Source: a phage. Taken from it: DNA of 64,000 bases. Below are positions 1 to 10,630 of the stretch, one piece after another. Where the stretch lies: sequence record PQ724394.1. One strand, given 5' to 3'. Positions within the stretch are counted from its first letter, which is position 1; each line of letters opens with the position of its first letter. The notes under the pieces are model-generated. The model made no database searches, had not been told where the DNA came from, and was given only the letters and a program-made list of their open reading frames with translations. The position numbers and the translations under genes were made by a program.

Positions 1-2
1 AA

Positions 3-212
3 TTTAAATCACACGAACCATTCCAAACATTTGGTCCTGTTGATAGTGTATTACAATCCCTTTACCTTGGGGACGATGTACCAGATTTTCTGGATATGCC
101 TGCCTTTGTTGCTACATGGGCCGACGATATAACTTCTACTGTAGCTATCCCTGGTCCTAATGGTCCTATTAAAGGATTGCTTAAAATCATGGATATCTTA
201 AATGAAGAATGA
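3..212 (+). CDS. 28: 3' end of a gene entering from upstream; baseplate hub distal subunit (gp28-like) by position
   Basis: Open frame from window edge to TGA at 210-212 (..GPNGPIKGLLKIMDILNEE*); lies directly upstream of gene 29 as in T4. Synteny only. Confidence 0.4.
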   Translation, partial: FKSHEPFQTFGPVDSVLQSLYLGDDVPDFLDMPAFVATWADDITSTVAIPGPNGPIKGLLKIMDILNEE

Positions 213-1938
213 ATCTAATCAGAATAGTTTTCGTCGCAATAAACTGATTGAAGAAATGGCTCCTCAGCGTCGTGCTGAGGCGCTAGCCCAAACCCAGAAC
301 GACGAATTAGGAAATATAACAGAAGCTTTATCAGAAACCCAGGCGGCGTCTGAATTGCTCTCTGAAGTTGTTGAAACAAAGTCTAATCAGATTATTAATT
401 CTATAGACAGAGTAGATAAAAGTGTTCAAGATGTTGTCGCCGGAACAGAATTAACAGCCGAAGCTATATCAGAACAAACCCAACAATCTAAAGCTCTTTC
501 GGATGCCTTAAACGAAAAGATTAATAAGCTTTCTAATATGTTGGAGGCTAAATTCTCTGGTATTTCTATTCCGCCGGAAGGGAGCTCATTAAAGGTTATT
601 GAAGACTCTATTCCAGAAGAACCTAAGGCTGAAACTCCTAAAGTCCCGGCAGTTATTGAAGATATTCTTCCGCCTGAAGATAATAAACCTGACGCTGAAT
701 TTGTACCAGAGCCTCCTAAAAATTCAAATGAAGGTAAAGAAGGTGATAAGTCTTCTCTTTCTGATAAAATCGAAGCCCTTACAAAAATAACCGAAAAAGG
801 ATTTAAAGCCTCTGTGGGTGTGGCTGATAGAATTTCAGGTATGCTTTTTAAGTATACTATTACTGCTGCTGCAGAAGCCGCTAAACTGGCTGCAGGCCTA
901 GCCCTTTTAATATTTGGTATAGATGCTATTCGTGTATACTTCCAATATTTCATGGACCAATTTAATGAAGGATGGAAAAAATTTAACGATAAGTTTAAAG
1001 AGTGGGGACCCGTACTTGAAGGCTTAATGACCTGGGCCAAGAATGCTGAAGCTATGTTTAGCGAAAGAAATTGGCTAGGTCTGGCAGAAGCTATTATTCG
1101 CGGTATGGTTAATCTTACCAAAAATATGGCACAACTGCTAATGCTCGGTATTTCTAAATTGATTTCTGCTATTTTAAGTAAAATACCAGGTATGGGTGAT
1201 TTGGCTGAAAACGTAGAGGCATCAGCTTTAATGTCGTATCAACAAAATACTGGAGCCACTTTAGATGACGAAGACCAGACTAAAATAGCCAAGTACCATG
1301 ATAGACGTTCAGCTGAGGCTTTAGAAACAGCCGAGAAAATGAATAAGAAGTATAAGGATAAACCTGAGCTTATAAACCAGGCAGAGAAATACGGTAATCT
1401 TACTAAAGAACAAGCCGACCAATTACGCGCTGGTGGAATTGATACAAGCTTCCGTGACCTCCCTGAAGAAGAACGTTTAGAGTATTTTAAGAAACGTGAT
1501 AAAGCCCAGGCTGATATTATTCGTTTAACTCAAACCGCCGATAATATAATGAAGCCTGATTCTAAAGATATCGAAAATGCCAAGGCATTTAAAGCGGATA
1601 TAGAGAAACAATTGGCTGACCCTATTATGGCTAAAGGTGGAGCACCTAAGGACCTTAATATTCAGCAATTACTTGATAAGATGAATAAATCTTTAGAGAA
1701 ATTTAATGAAGCTGAAAAGCCTAAACCTGCTTCTGTAGCGGAATCTCCTGAAAATACCCAGGTTAAAAAGGTTGACGAGCAAATGAGAGCAAAGGAAAAT
1801 GCTAAATATAGTCAGCAAGCTCCAACTCAAATAAATCAGCAAACGAATATCAAGAAAACGAGTAAGACCAGTTATAATTTACCACCACAGTCTTCCACTC
1901 CTGCTCCTGGTATGCGTCAAGCTACTAAAGTTAATTAG
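202..1938 (+). CDS. 29: Baseplate hub subunit / tail length determinator (gp29-like)
   Basis: 578 aa ORF, T4 gp29-like length, position between 28 and 48; overlaps upstream stop. Confidence 0.75.
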   Translation: MKNESNQNSFRRNKLIEEMAPQRRAEALAQTQNDELGNITEALSETQAASELLSEVVETKSNQIINSIDRVDKSVQDVVAGTELTAEAISEQTQQSKALSDALNEKINKLSNMLEAKFSGISIPPEGSSLKVIEDSIPEEPKAETPKVPAVIEDILPPEDNKPDAEFVPEPPKNSNEGKEGDKSSLSDKIEALTKITEKGFKASVGVADRISGMLFKYTITAAAEAAKLAAGLALLIFGIDAIRVYFQYFMDQFNEGWKKFNDKFKEWGPVLEGLMTWAKNAEAMFSERNWLGLAEAIIRGMVNLTKNMAQLLMLGISKLISAILSKIPGMGDLAENVEASALMSYQQNTGATLDDEDQTKIAKYHDRRSAEALETAEKMNKKYKDKPELINQAEKYGNLTKEQADQLRAGGIDTSFRDLPEEERLEYFKKRDKAQADIIRLTQTADNIMKPDSKDIENAKAFKADIEKQLADPIMAKGGAPKDLNIQQLLDKMNKSLEKFNEAEKPKPASVAESPENTQVKKVDEQMRAKENAKYSQQAPTQINQQTNIKKTSKTSYNLPPQSSTPAPGMRQATKVN

Positions 1939-1940
1939 GA

Positions 1941-3035
1941 TTGATAATGAAAGTAAAAGAAATTGACATTGACGTAGCCTCCTTATTTAAAGGAGGTTCA
2001 AAAACCTCCGCGGGCCAATCTAAAGCTAAACCAGCCCAAACCACGGTAACTGCCCAGTATCCAGCCGAAAGGGCCTCGGGCAATGATACCTCTACAGATA
2101 TGGTGTTAAACGATTTATATAAAAATGGATTACTTTTTACGGCATATAATTTTAGCTCTCGCGTATCACCTGATTTACGTAACGACCGCTCGAGCCAAAT
2201 GACTAAAAAGTTTTCAAAAGCCGCTAGTAAACTTACTGGTAATACCGGTGGGTTCAGCGCGGTTAAAAACTTGTTTAGTAACAACTCTAAAGGAGTTAAA
2301 TTTGATAGCCAGGCTTTAGCCAATATTTTGCTCCCACGTTCTAAATCTGATGTTGATTCGGTTACCCATAAATTTAATGATGTAGGCGAATCATTAATTA
2401 CTAAAGGTGGTGGTACTGCTACAGGTATTTTGAGTAACGTTGCCAGTACTGCTGTATTTGGCGCATTGGAATCTGTAACTAACGGTGTAATGGCCGATTC
2501 TGGTGAGCAAATATACACCACCGCTCGTAGTATGTATGCAGGGCCTGATAACCGTACTAAGGTATTCACTTGGGAAATGACCCCTAGAAACGCCCAAGAC
2601 CTTATTCAGATTATTAAAATATACGAAATCTTTAATTACTATTCTTATGGCGAAACAGGCAACTCTGCCTTTGCCGGTGAATTAAAAGAGAAGATTGATA
2701 CATGGTACCGTTCCACATTTAAAAAAGAAGCTATTGATAACTTTGACGGCAAGCTATTAGGAGAAGGTATCACAAGTTTCCTTTCTAATGTTATTGTGGT
2801 AAGTAACCCAACTATTTGGTATATTCGAAACTTTGGTAATACAAGTTCATATGACGGACGTGAAGATATTTTCGGACCGTGCCAAATCCAAAGTATACGA
2901 TTTGATAAAACTCCCGACGGACATTTTAATGGTTTGGCTATTGCTCCTAACTTACCATCCACGTTTAGTTTAGAAGTTACTTTCCGTGAAATCATTACTT
3001 TGAACCGTGGCTCACTTTATACGGAAGGATTCTAA
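1941..3035 (+). CDS. 48: Baseplate tail tube cap (gp48-like)
   Basis: 364 aa, same length as T4 gp48; synteny 29-48-54. Confidence 0.8.
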   Translation: MIMKVKEIDIDVASLFKGGSKTSAGQSKAKPAQTTVTAQYPAERASGNDTSTDMVLNDLYKNGLLFTAYNFSSRVSPDLRNDRSSQMTKKFSKAASKLTGNTGGFSAVKNLFSNNSKGVKFDSQALANILLPRSKSDVDSVTHKFNDVGESLITKGGGTATGILSNVASTAVFGALESVTNGVMADSGEQIYTTARSMYAGPDNRTKVFTWEMTPRNAQDLIQIIKIYEIFNYYSYGETGNSAFAGELKEKIDTWYRSTFKKEAIDNFDGKLLGEGITSFLSNVIVVSNPTIWYIRNFGNTSSYDGREDIFGPCQIQSIRFDKTPDGHFNGLAIAPNLPSTFSLEVTFREIITLNRGSLYTEGF

Positions 3036-3988
3036 TGTATACTTTACAAGAATTTCAAAACCAGGCAATTAATATTGACCTACAAAGGAATAACCTGTTT
3101 AGTGTAGTATTTGCTACAGTTCCTTCTTCTAAATCCCAAGCGCTCCTCGACCAGTTCGGTGGAGCTTTATTTAACAATATCCCGTTGAATACCGATTTGT
3201 TTGGAATTACCCAAGGAGATTTAACCCAAGGTGTTACGACATTAGTGACAGCGGGCACTCAGAAGTTGATTCGTAAGTCCGGCATAAGTAAATATCTGAT
3301 TGGAGCTATGTCATCCAGGGTTGTGCAGAGCTTACTAGGTGAGTTTGAAGTCGGGACTTATCTTATGGATTTTTTCAATATGGCTTATCCTACGGCAGGT
3401 CTTTTAGTCCATGCAGTTAAAATTCCGGATAATACTTTGAACTATGAAATGGATTTGAACCACAACTCGCCTAATATCAAAATTACCGGAAGAGAATATT
3501 CCCCATTGGTATTAAGCTTCCGTATGGATTCTGAAGCTGCTAACTACCGTGCTTTTAATGATTGGGTCAATAGTGTCCAAGACCCTATTACACAATTAAG
3601 AGCATTGCCTGAAGATGTTGAAGCTGACATCCAAGTCAACCTTCATTCTCGTAATGGATTGCCACATACGGTGGTAATGCTTAATGGATGTGTTCCTGTT
3701 AGTGTTTCATCGCCGGAATTATCCTATGATGGTGATAACCAAATTGCTTCGTTTGATGTTACATTTGCTTATAGAAGTGTGCAGACAGGTGCAGTTGGTA
3801 AACAAGCTGCTTATGAATGGCTGGAAGATAAAGTCCTTAAAGGCGTAGCAGGTATAAGTGAGAGTAACTCATTAAGTGCTTCTGTAGCTAAATTAAGCCG
3901 ACTTTCAGGAGCTTCTAGTGGATTGACCGGATTGGTTAATACATTTGGTGGGCGTGCTATTAATAATGGAATATCCAGGTTGTTATAA
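3035..3988 (+). CDS. 54: Baseplate tail tube initiator (gp54-like)
   Basis: 317 aa; start overlaps gene 48 stop; synteny. Confidence 0.8.
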   Translation: MYTLQEFQNQAINIDLQRNNLFSVVFATVPSSKSQALLDQFGGALFNNIPLNTDLFGITQGDLTQGVTTLVTAGTQKLIRKSGISKYLIGAMSSRVVQSLLGEFEVGTYLMDFFNMAYPTAGLLVHAVKIPDNTLNYEMDLNHNSPNIKITGREYSPLVLSFRMDSEAANYRAFNDWVNSVQDPITQLRALPEDVEADIQVNLHSRNGLPHTVVMLNGCVPVSVSSPELSYDGDNQIASFDVTFAYRSVQTGAVGKQAAYEWLEDKVLKGVAGISESNSLSASVAKLSRLSGASSGLTGLVNTFGGRAINNGISRLL

Positions 3989-3994
3989 CAAAAA

Positions 3995-4014
3995 AGGAGA
4001 GCTTACGCTCTCCT
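3995..4014. terminator. Bidirectional hairpin terminator between convergent gene 54 and ORF 4023-4313
   Basis: Perfect inverted repeat AGGAGAGC-ttac-GCTCTCCT, T-run on one side. Confidence 0.6.
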
Positions 4015-4022
4015 TTAGGGGT

Positions 4023-4313
4023 TTATTTACGGAACGAGATAAAACCTGCGGCGGTCATTAATGGCTGCTTTTTAACAAAGACCGTGATAGAAATAGGAGC
4101 TTCAGATTCAAGCTGGCCGGTTACTACACCATTAAAGATATTTTCAGTTTGTTCGGGTTGTGAAAAATTTTCAACCGGGCGTAAGTCAAACTGTTTGTCT
4201 TTGCCGAAAACTCGACGTAATTCATTACCGACTGCACTGTCGAACTCTTCAGAAGCAGGGATAACGTTTTCAACTACCAGCTCTTGACCATTAAAACGGA
4301 ATGCAGATTTCAT
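4023..4313 (-). CDS. Hypothetical protein (96 aa) downstream of alt
   Basis: ORF preceded by GAGGAG RBS and a GTTTAC / TACTAT early-promoter-like cassette at about 4330-4370. Confidence 0.5.
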   Translation of the reverse strand: MKSAFRFNGQELVVENVIPASEEFDSAVGNELRRVFGKDKQFDLRPVENFSQPEQTENIFNGVVTGQLESEAPISITVFVKKQPLMTAAGFISFRK

Positions 4314-4370
4314 AATGTTCTCCTCATGTTTGTGTAAGGTAATAGTACCACATCCTTGTGGCGTTGTAAA

Positions 4371-6494
4371 CTACATTTTGAATTTATTTGATAAAGAAGA
4401 GATGTCCAAAGATGCAGCAAGGATTTCCATAGCCTCATTACTTTCTGAAACAGATTCTGAAACTAGGAATTCTTTAAACCCATTCATCAATTTAACTTCA
4501 CCGGTTTCCATCAGATGGTCGCCATCGTAAACGGATTCGCTGAGTTCTGAAGGAGATGTCACTGTAGCTTCCATAAGGTATTTGTGAGATACTCTATCAT
4601 TCATAGCAAAAGCCGCTACTTTATCAACCTTCAACAATAACCCGCGCGGAAGGATAATTTCCGCTTCTTCGGCATATTCTGTAAGGTCGCCAGGAGCGAT
4701 AACTTTAACTGCTTCAGCACCTCGAATAACCATACCAATTTCAGCAATCCTGTCTGCAGGGCCTTCAGGTGCAATTGGATTACCAAACTCGTCTTCTTCC
4801 CATTCTACCTCTTCGTCATCGACTTCACCTACGTCAGATGAACTACCACTGGCTAATTTAAACAACTCATCAGCGGAGGATAAAGAACCTTCATCACCGA
4901 CAAAAACTGCTTGGTTGTCGAGGGCCATATAATTTTTACCAAATTCGCCAAAGATATTAGGCTTTAATGAAGCGGACACAAAGTTCTTAAAGTAAAAGGT
5001 TTTGTTATCAATATTATGGCGCAGAATTTTGTATGGTAAATCCTGACCACGATACAAAATAGTACCCTTAGGAAGTTTAATACCCTTGGTAAATGCCGAG
5101 TCTAAATCCTTAATCAATTTAATAGCTGTTGTATTGTTTTCGGATTCAGGTTTACCTAAAAGGAATAAGTTCATAGGAGCATATTCAGCCGCACAATATT
5201 CAATAATGGCATTACTTTCGTCTTTGGTCAAGCCCTTAGGTTTAATGAGCTCGCCTGAATAAGCATATGCATCGCTAATAGAATCGTTAATCAGTTTATA
5301 AACGGCTTCCATAGCGAAAGCAATTCGAGATGCTTTCTCTGAAGGAGACCCCTGAAAACGGGCACTCAGGTTATTAACAATTCTCTTAATAATATCCAGA
5401 CTATTGGTAGTATTGATTTGAGAAAGACCGCTTAAAAGTCTATCGACTTCCGTATTAAAAAATGCCATATTATTAGAGTAAATTTCAAACCCTTGTTTAT
5501 CTCTATTAGCATAATTTAGTTTAAATTTACTATCAGTCATTAAAGCGTGCGTGAGAGCAATGGTGTATCTAAAGTTGGCAAGGTCCTCACTCTTAGATTT
5601 AAACTGAGAGGCCTGTCGCATTTTAGTAATAGAACCTTTTTTAAAGTTCTGGCTAATCTGCTCAATACCTTCGTTCTCAGGGCCTTCGGCCGAGTGAACA
5701 GGGACAGAAGCTTCAAACTCGTTATAAATCTGCAATTCTTTAGGTGATAAAGTTTCGGGTTCGGCAGTAGAATACTGCGCCGCTGCAGCCATACGACGGG
5801 AAATCTTAGTACGAGAAATAACAGCCTTATCGGTACGTTTCTCTTCAACCTGTGCAATAGATGCCGCTACGGCTTCTACTTTACTTACGGCCTGGCCGGT
5901 TTTCTTAGAAACATAAACTTCACCGACTTTAGACTCAACCTTGGTATAAAGGTCTGCATCAATTTCAGGCATACCCTTGATATCTTCGATATTAGAACCA
6001 CGACGTACTAAAAGAACGTAGGTATGTTTACCACTAAACTGGAACATATCATCGACAACTTTAAACTTACCACCGGTACGTGCCATCACCAAACGAGCTA
6101 ATACACGCTGAACGGTAGGACCCTTACCTTTCATTTTCTTGGTAGGGAAACGGAACAAAACTGCATCCATTTTAAGTTTGTTTACTTGTTCGTATACGGT
6201 ATCGAAAATAGTATTCAGTGTACCAAGTGGGTCAGAACCAAGCCCACCTTTGAGTTCAGCCGGAGCACCCTTGCTAGACAAACTCATTAAAATAATATGA
6301 ACGTATTTGTCGCCAGGCTTAACCATTTTAATAGCGTCTCCTTGAGACGCATAAGATACCATACGAGCAACCAGGTTATCATTACCTGGTGCTTGGATAG
6401 AGAAAATCTGTGGGATACCTGAGCCTGGCTTAAGATTTGTTACTGGATAGTTTTTAGCTGAATCACTATCAAAAACTTCGTTTAAATTTTCCAT
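4371..6494 (-). CDS. alt: Alt-type ADP-ribosyltransferase, paralog A (707 aa)
   Basis: N-terminal region conserved with the neighbouring paralog (LVARMVSYAS.GDAIK...LKGGLG); C-terminal R (YRGQ), S-x-S (FVSASL) and E-x-E (EEAEIILPRGL) motifs; position next to DNA ligase as T4 alt. Confidence 0.85.
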   Translation of the reverse strand: MENLNEVFDSDSAKNYPVTNLKPGSGIPQIFSIQAPGNDNLVARMVSYASQGDAIKMVKPGDKYVHIILMSLSSKGAPAELKGGLGSDPLGTLNTIFDTVYEQVNKLKMDAVLFRFPTKKMKGKGPTVQRVLARLVMARTGGKFKVVDDMFQFSGKHTYVLLVRRGSNIEDIKGMPEIDADLYTKVESKVGEVYVSKKTGQAVSKVEAVAASIAQVEEKRTDKAVISRTKISRRMAAAAQYSTAEPETLSPKELQIYNEFEASVPVHSAEGPENEGIEQISQNFKKGSITKMRQASQFKSKSEDLANFRYTIALTHALMTDSKFKLNYANRDKQGFEIYSNNMAFFNTEVDRLLSGLSQINTTNSLDIIKRIVNNLSARFQGSPSEKASRIAFAMEAVYKLINDSISDAYAYSGELIKPKGLTKDESNAIIEYCAAEYAPMNLFLLGKPESENNTTAIKLIKDLDSAFTKGIKLPKGTILYRGQDLPYKILRHNIDNKTFYFKNFVSASLKPNIFGEFGKNYMALDNQAVFVGDEGSLSSADELFKLASGSSSDVGEVDDEEVEWEEDEFGNPIAPEGPADRIAEIGMVIRGAEAVKVIAPGDLTEYAEEAEIILPRGLLLKVDKVAAFAMNDRVSHKYLMEATVTSPSELSESVYDGDHLMETGEVKLMNGFKEFLVSESVSESNEAMEILAASLDISSLSNKFKM

Positions 6495-6497
6495 TAT

Positions 6498-8582
6498 TTA
6501 CCCTTGGATGAATTTTTCTGGTATGTCATAGAGGTCTATGCATGAAGCCAAAAGTGGCAGTACGTCAAACCGTGTAGATTTAACAAATGAATCAAAAGAT
6601 ACAGGGCTTTCGGAAGTATCGAAGTCATCTTGGTATACAACCAATTCACCAGTTTCCATTAGTACGTCACCATCATACACCACAGATTCTTGAAGCTCAT
6701 CTGTGGTCATAACTTCGGCTTGAACGAGTTTTGTATTACTAGATGTTGTTCCGTCATTATTAGAGGCATCGGTTATTTTATTAACTTTGACCATCAATCC
6801 ACGCGGTAGAATAACTTCAGCTTCTGTTGCTATTCCGAGACTTCCTGGATATACAACATTAACTTTATGGGCTCCATCAATTGCCCATCCTATTTGAACT
6901 TTAACGTAATCAGGGTTTTCTTTATACGCTCTTATTTCATTAGGATTAATGGTTATTCCTTCTTCATTTTTATCGACTGTCAATTCATTGCGAACTTCCG
7001 GTTCTAAAAGACCGACACCCGCGTGTGTAACACCAAAACGACCAAAAATGATAGGAGTCAGTGAAGTAGATACAAAATTTCTAAAATAAAATACCTTATT
7101 TTTAACTAGTGCTTCGTATATAGGAGCAGTCATACTTTGAGCACGATAAACTGTAATGCCTTCTGGTATACGGTCACCATTTTCAAAAGCTGAATCAAGA
7201 TTATTAACAGCAGATTCAATAGACCTTTCATTCATTACATCATAGTTCTGAGGATTATAACGTCCTAAAAGAAGATTATTGATGTCGGTATAACCTGAGC
7301 CGCAGTATTCTCTGATGCCGCGCTTTTGTGATGGGGTGTATTTAGAACCATCGCGAGCAATAGTAATATCGACCATAATACCACCGCCTACACCAGCAAA
7401 ACTATATACACGTTTTTTAATGAACTTGGTCTTGGCTGCTTTCCACTTGGACTCGGTTAATTCATTCCAGACGTCGTCAGGCTGACCTTTACGAGTTTTG
7501 TTATGTATAGCCAGCCATTCGCCTTTATATTCTTCAAAAACTGTATTAATAACAGAGGCATACTTTTCTAGAGCTTTAACAGATGTCAAAGGTTCGTTTT
7601 TGATGGCTGTAAGAATTCTCTCTTTAATTTTCTCTTGGATTTCACCTATACCGTGAAGAGGAAACATTTTATATTCATAATGCAACTCTTCAGCAGTGCC
7701 TTCAGCTACTATATTAGCAACTTTATTTTTAGCCGCAGGAGAATTGTTATTGGTGACCATTTCCTGTGCCTCAGGGATTAATGGAGCTGTTGCAGGTTTA
7801 TTAAAATCTGCTGCAGTAGCTTCATATTTCTTAAACAGTTCACTTTCATTACGATAAGATTCTAAAGACTGACTTGCTGCAATAGCGCGACGAGAAATCT
7901 TAGTCTTGGTTATAACCATTTTATCAGTGCGACGTTCTTCAACTTTAGCAATACTGCCGGCAATAGCAGTTTCTTTAGTAACCTGCACACCTTCTTTTTT
8001 AGAAATATAAACTTCACCAACATCAGAATCTACCTTAGTATATAATTCGGCATTAATTCCTGGCATACCTTTGATATCTTCAATATCAGCTTGTTTACGA
8101 ACTACTAGGATATAAGTATGTTTACCGGTAAATTGGTACATGGCTGGAACTACTTTAAAACGTCCACCGGTTTTCTGTGCTACCAAACGTTGGATAATCC
8201 GTTGGACGATAGGTCCTTGTCCTTTCATTTTCTTGGTTGGAAAACGGAACATCACAGCATCCATACGAAGCTTTTTAACTTGTTCGAATACTACGTCGAA
8301 AATGGTATTAATAGCATCAATAGGAGTAGGGCCTAAGCCGCCTTTAAGTTCGGCTGGAGAACCTTTAGCTGAAAGGCTCATAAGGATGACGTGGGCGTAT
8401 TTATCACCTAATTTAACCTGTTTAATAGCATCGCCTTCAGAGGCATAAGATACCATACGGGCCACTAATTGGGATTCGGCGTCGCCAATCTTCCAAATCT
8501 GCGGTACTTTAAGTTTTGGGTTTAAGTTTACAGTAGGCAGGGTGCCTTCAGACTCAAACACTTCATTTAATTGTTCGGTCAT
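6498..8582 (-). CDS. alt: Alt-type ADP-ribosyltransferase, paralog B (694 aa)
   Basis: Same architecture as paralog A; YRAQ, FVSTSL, EAEVILPRGL motifs; AAAGAGGA RBS upstream. Confidence 0.85.
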   Translation of the reverse strand: MTEQLNEVFESEGTLPTVNLNPKLKVPQIWKIGDAESQLVARMVSYASEGDAIKQVKLGDKYAHVILMSLSAKGSPAELKGGLGPTPIDAINTIFDVVFEQVKKLRMDAVMFRFPTKKMKGQGPIVQRIIQRLVAQKTGGRFKVVPAMYQFTGKHTYILVVRKQADIEDIKGMPGINAELYTKVDSDVGEVYISKKEGVQVTKETAIAGSIAKVEERRTDKMVITKTKISRRAIAASQSLESYRNESELFKKYEATAADFNKPATAPLIPEAQEMVTNNNSPAAKNKVANIVAEGTAEELHYEYKMFPLHGIGEIQEKIKERILTAIKNEPLTSVKALEKYASVINTVFEEYKGEWLAIHNKTRKGQPDDVWNELTESKWKAAKTKFIKKRVYSFAGVGGGIMVDITIARDGSKYTPSQKRGIREYCGSGYTDINNLLLGRYNPQNYDVMNERSIESAVNNLDSAFENGDRIPEGITVYRAQSMTAPIYEALVKNKVFYFRNFVSTSLTPIIFGRFGVTHAGVGLLEPEVRNELTVDKNEEGITINPNEIRAYKENPDYVKVQIGWAIDGAHKVNVVYPGSLGIATEAEVILPRGLMVKVNKITDASNNDGTTSSNTKLVQAEVMTTDELQESVVYDGDVLMETGELVVYQDDFDTSESPVSFDSFVKSTRFDVLPLLASCIDLYDIPEKFIQG

Positions 8583-8618
8583 AATAATTCCTCTTTAATA
8601 ACCGTATTTATGCCATAA

Positions 8619-8634
8619 AAGGCCCGAAGGCCTT
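8619..8634 (-). terminator. UUCG-tetraloop hairpin (on transcript GGCCUUCGGGCC) followed by UUUUAU
   Basis: Inverted repeat AAGGCC-cgaa-GGCCTT between small ORF stop and alt-B start. Confidence 0.55.
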
Positions 8635-8845
8635 AAAGTGGTAGCAACGTACGATATACTTCGAATGTCGGGCCTTTTTCATAGCCATCAAACATGTCTT
8701 TAAAATCGGCAAAAGCTATTTCATCCTCAAACTCTAGGATGATTTGAGAGGCCGCGGTGGTATTTGTATTTGTTACAACAATTGTTTCTAAATAAGCTTT
8801 CATATTATAGTCCAGTTTGAGACCAATCACCAAATACATCTTCAA
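8633..8845 (-). CDS. Hypothetical small protein (70 aa; may start at internal ATG 8803)
   Basis: ORF between ligase and alt; track start overlaps ligase 3' end, internal ATG follows ligase stop by 1 nt. Confidence 0.35.
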   Translation of the reverse strand: MKMYLVIGLKLDYNMKAYLETIVVTNTNTTAASQIILEFEDEIAFADFKDMFDGYEKGPTFEVYRTLLPL

Positions 8846-10310
8846 ATGTATCAGCTTCTGTTTTATCGAAACGCCAACCTTTAATAGTTGGAAGGAAAAT
8901 ACCTACAGTATCAGTACGTCCTTTAGAATGAACCCAACCATTACATTCACAGTCAGCAATACGTCCAATCAACTTACCTTCACGGGCTTGTTTCATAAGA
9001 AGTTCACGGTCTAAATCAGGACGGTTTTCTAATGGGATTAATACCTTTTTACCGGATTTATCTTTCTTATGGGTGGTATCTTTAAAACCGGAACCACAGT
9101 CAGTTGTAATACGACGGCACCGTGATACTAACTCAATACCACCAATCTTGTTAGGGTCTTTAGAGTGTTCATAATAACCTACTACTTCTAAAGCAATATC
9201 GATTACTTCTTTGAACTTTATAAGATTCTTAGAACGGCGGTTCTCCCAGTAGGAGTCCATGTTCTTAAGGATAATACCTTCCAAGCGTTTGCCGATATAT
9301 TTCTTATAAACTGCTTTAGCTTCGTCCAGGTTATTAACCCACTGCGTTTCGATAGGCTCGACACGTGTAAAACCTTCAGCCATTTGTACTAATGCCGCTA
9401 AACGAACATCGTATTTTTGACCTTTAATTTTGCCTTCAGAATAAACTTCATCCAATGGAACATAGTCCCACGCCTGTAATACCATGCCATCAGCTTCAGC
9501 TGGAGTAATAGTTCCTTGAAGAGCCTTGTTAGCCAAGCCATTTGACGTAGAACGATCGGCTACGGTTTGGAACTCCTTAGCCTTACTTAATTCAGGAAGT
9601 TCTTCATCAAACATACTAAACAAATCATTAGATGCTTTAGGTTCTACTTTAGGTGTATGGTAAACTAATTCACCATCAATCATAACACCATTAGGATGAC
9701 GCTGACGAGCTTCTTCGGTCATTTTAATAAGTTCGGCCGCAAGCTTAGTAAGCCCTTGATATTCGTTCCCACCACGAGTAAGGAATGTTACCCCATCGTT
9801 ACGAACTTCAGCAAAACAACGGGCACCGTCAGCTTTTAATTGGGCGAACGCTGGCCATTTAATATTTTTCTTAATCAGGGCTTCGTCATAAGAACTAGCC
9901 AACATTTGAGGTTGTTCAGGGATTAAACCTTTCCAAACCTTGTTAGCAATAGAAATCGATGCACCACATTCAAGGTCACGCATCATTACTCGACGTAATA
10001 CCTCAGCGTCAGGACCCTTAGCATCGGCAATAATTTGGGCAAGCTCTTCAATAGCCGCATTACCTGTAATCTTACGGGTGGCTAATGTGAACTCAGCGAA
10101 ATCAAGAAGGTCTTCAAGTGTAATCATACCAAAGGATTGAGACGTAAATCCAGGTTCAGGCCACTTTTTAATACCGTAGTTTAAACGACGGGTATAAGCC
10201 ATACGATATACACGTTTCAGAAGCTCGTTATCCTTTTCACGAGCAATAATAGCTTCTTTAGCTTTAGTAGAATCAATAGAAGCAATTTCGTTTAAAATAT
10301 CTAAAATCAT
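8805..10310 (-). CDS. 30: ATP-dependent DNA ligase (gp30)
   Basis: N-terminus MILDILNEIASIDSTK.. and KADGARCF adenylation motif match T4 DNA ligase; 501 aa. Confidence 0.95.
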   Translation of the reverse strand: MILDILNEIASIDSTKAKEAIIAREKDNELLKRVYRMAYTRRLNYGIKKWPEPGFTSQSFGMITLEDLLDFAEFTLATRKITGNAAIEELAQIIADAKGPDAEVLRRVMMRDLECGASISIANKVWKGLIPEQPQMLASSYDEALIKKNIKWPAFAQLKADGARCFAEVRNDGVTFLTRGGNEYQGLTKLAAELIKMTEEARQRHPNGVMIDGELVYHTPKVEPKASNDLFSMFDEELPELSKAKEFQTVADRSTSNGLANKALQGTITPAEADGMVLQAWDYVPLDEVYSEGKIKGQKYDVRLAALVQMAEGFTRVEPIETQWVNNLDEAKAVYKKYIGKRLEGIILKNMDSYWENRRSKNLIKFKEVIDIALEVVGYYEHSKDPNKIGGIELVSRCRRITTDCGSGFKDTTHKKDKSGKKVLIPLENRPDLDRELLMKQAREGKLIGRIADCECNGWVHSKGRTDTVGIFLPTIKGWRFDKTEADTFEDVFGDWSQTGL

Positions 10311-10630
10311 TTTACCGTCCTTACAGTTTGTGTACTTCTATTATAAGCTACTTCATCTAAAAGCTCATTTAAAGTTTTGTGATACGATATAATACGCTTA
10401 TCTTTAATATCATATTCAGTAACATACATAAATCCACGCCGAACACATTGGATAAAGATATCTTCATCTTTGGCTTGGAAATATACAGGGTTCAATCGAA
10501 GGAATTGTCTAACGTTTCCATAATCATGGGATTTAGGGATTCCATCAGTAATAGTATGAACAACAAACATATTAACCTCGTGCAATCCATTCAACGGCTG
10601 CATTATTACGAAGGGATTCGATTGCTGCAA
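10307..10630 (-). CDS. Hypothetical protein (107 aa; start uncertain)
   Basis: ORF overlapping 3' end of upstream gene by 59 nt; true start probably an internal Met. Confidence 0.35.
   Translation of the reverse strand: MQQSNPFVIMQPLNGLHEVNMFVVHTITDGIPKSHDYGNVRQFLRLNPVYFQAKDEDIFIQCVRRGFMYVTEYDIKDKRIISYHKTLNELLDEVAYNRSTQTVRTVK

Noticed and set aside
426-1121. 231-aa antisense ORF inside gene 29, and similar long antisense or out-of-frame ORFs inside gp34, gp37, gp52, alt, nrdA, rIIA and gp39 (e.g. 5540-5857, 33079-33381, 40955-41212, 47176-47577, 55966-56352).
   Set aside because: Fully embedded in well-supported larger genes on the other strand or frame, with no RBS or promoter.
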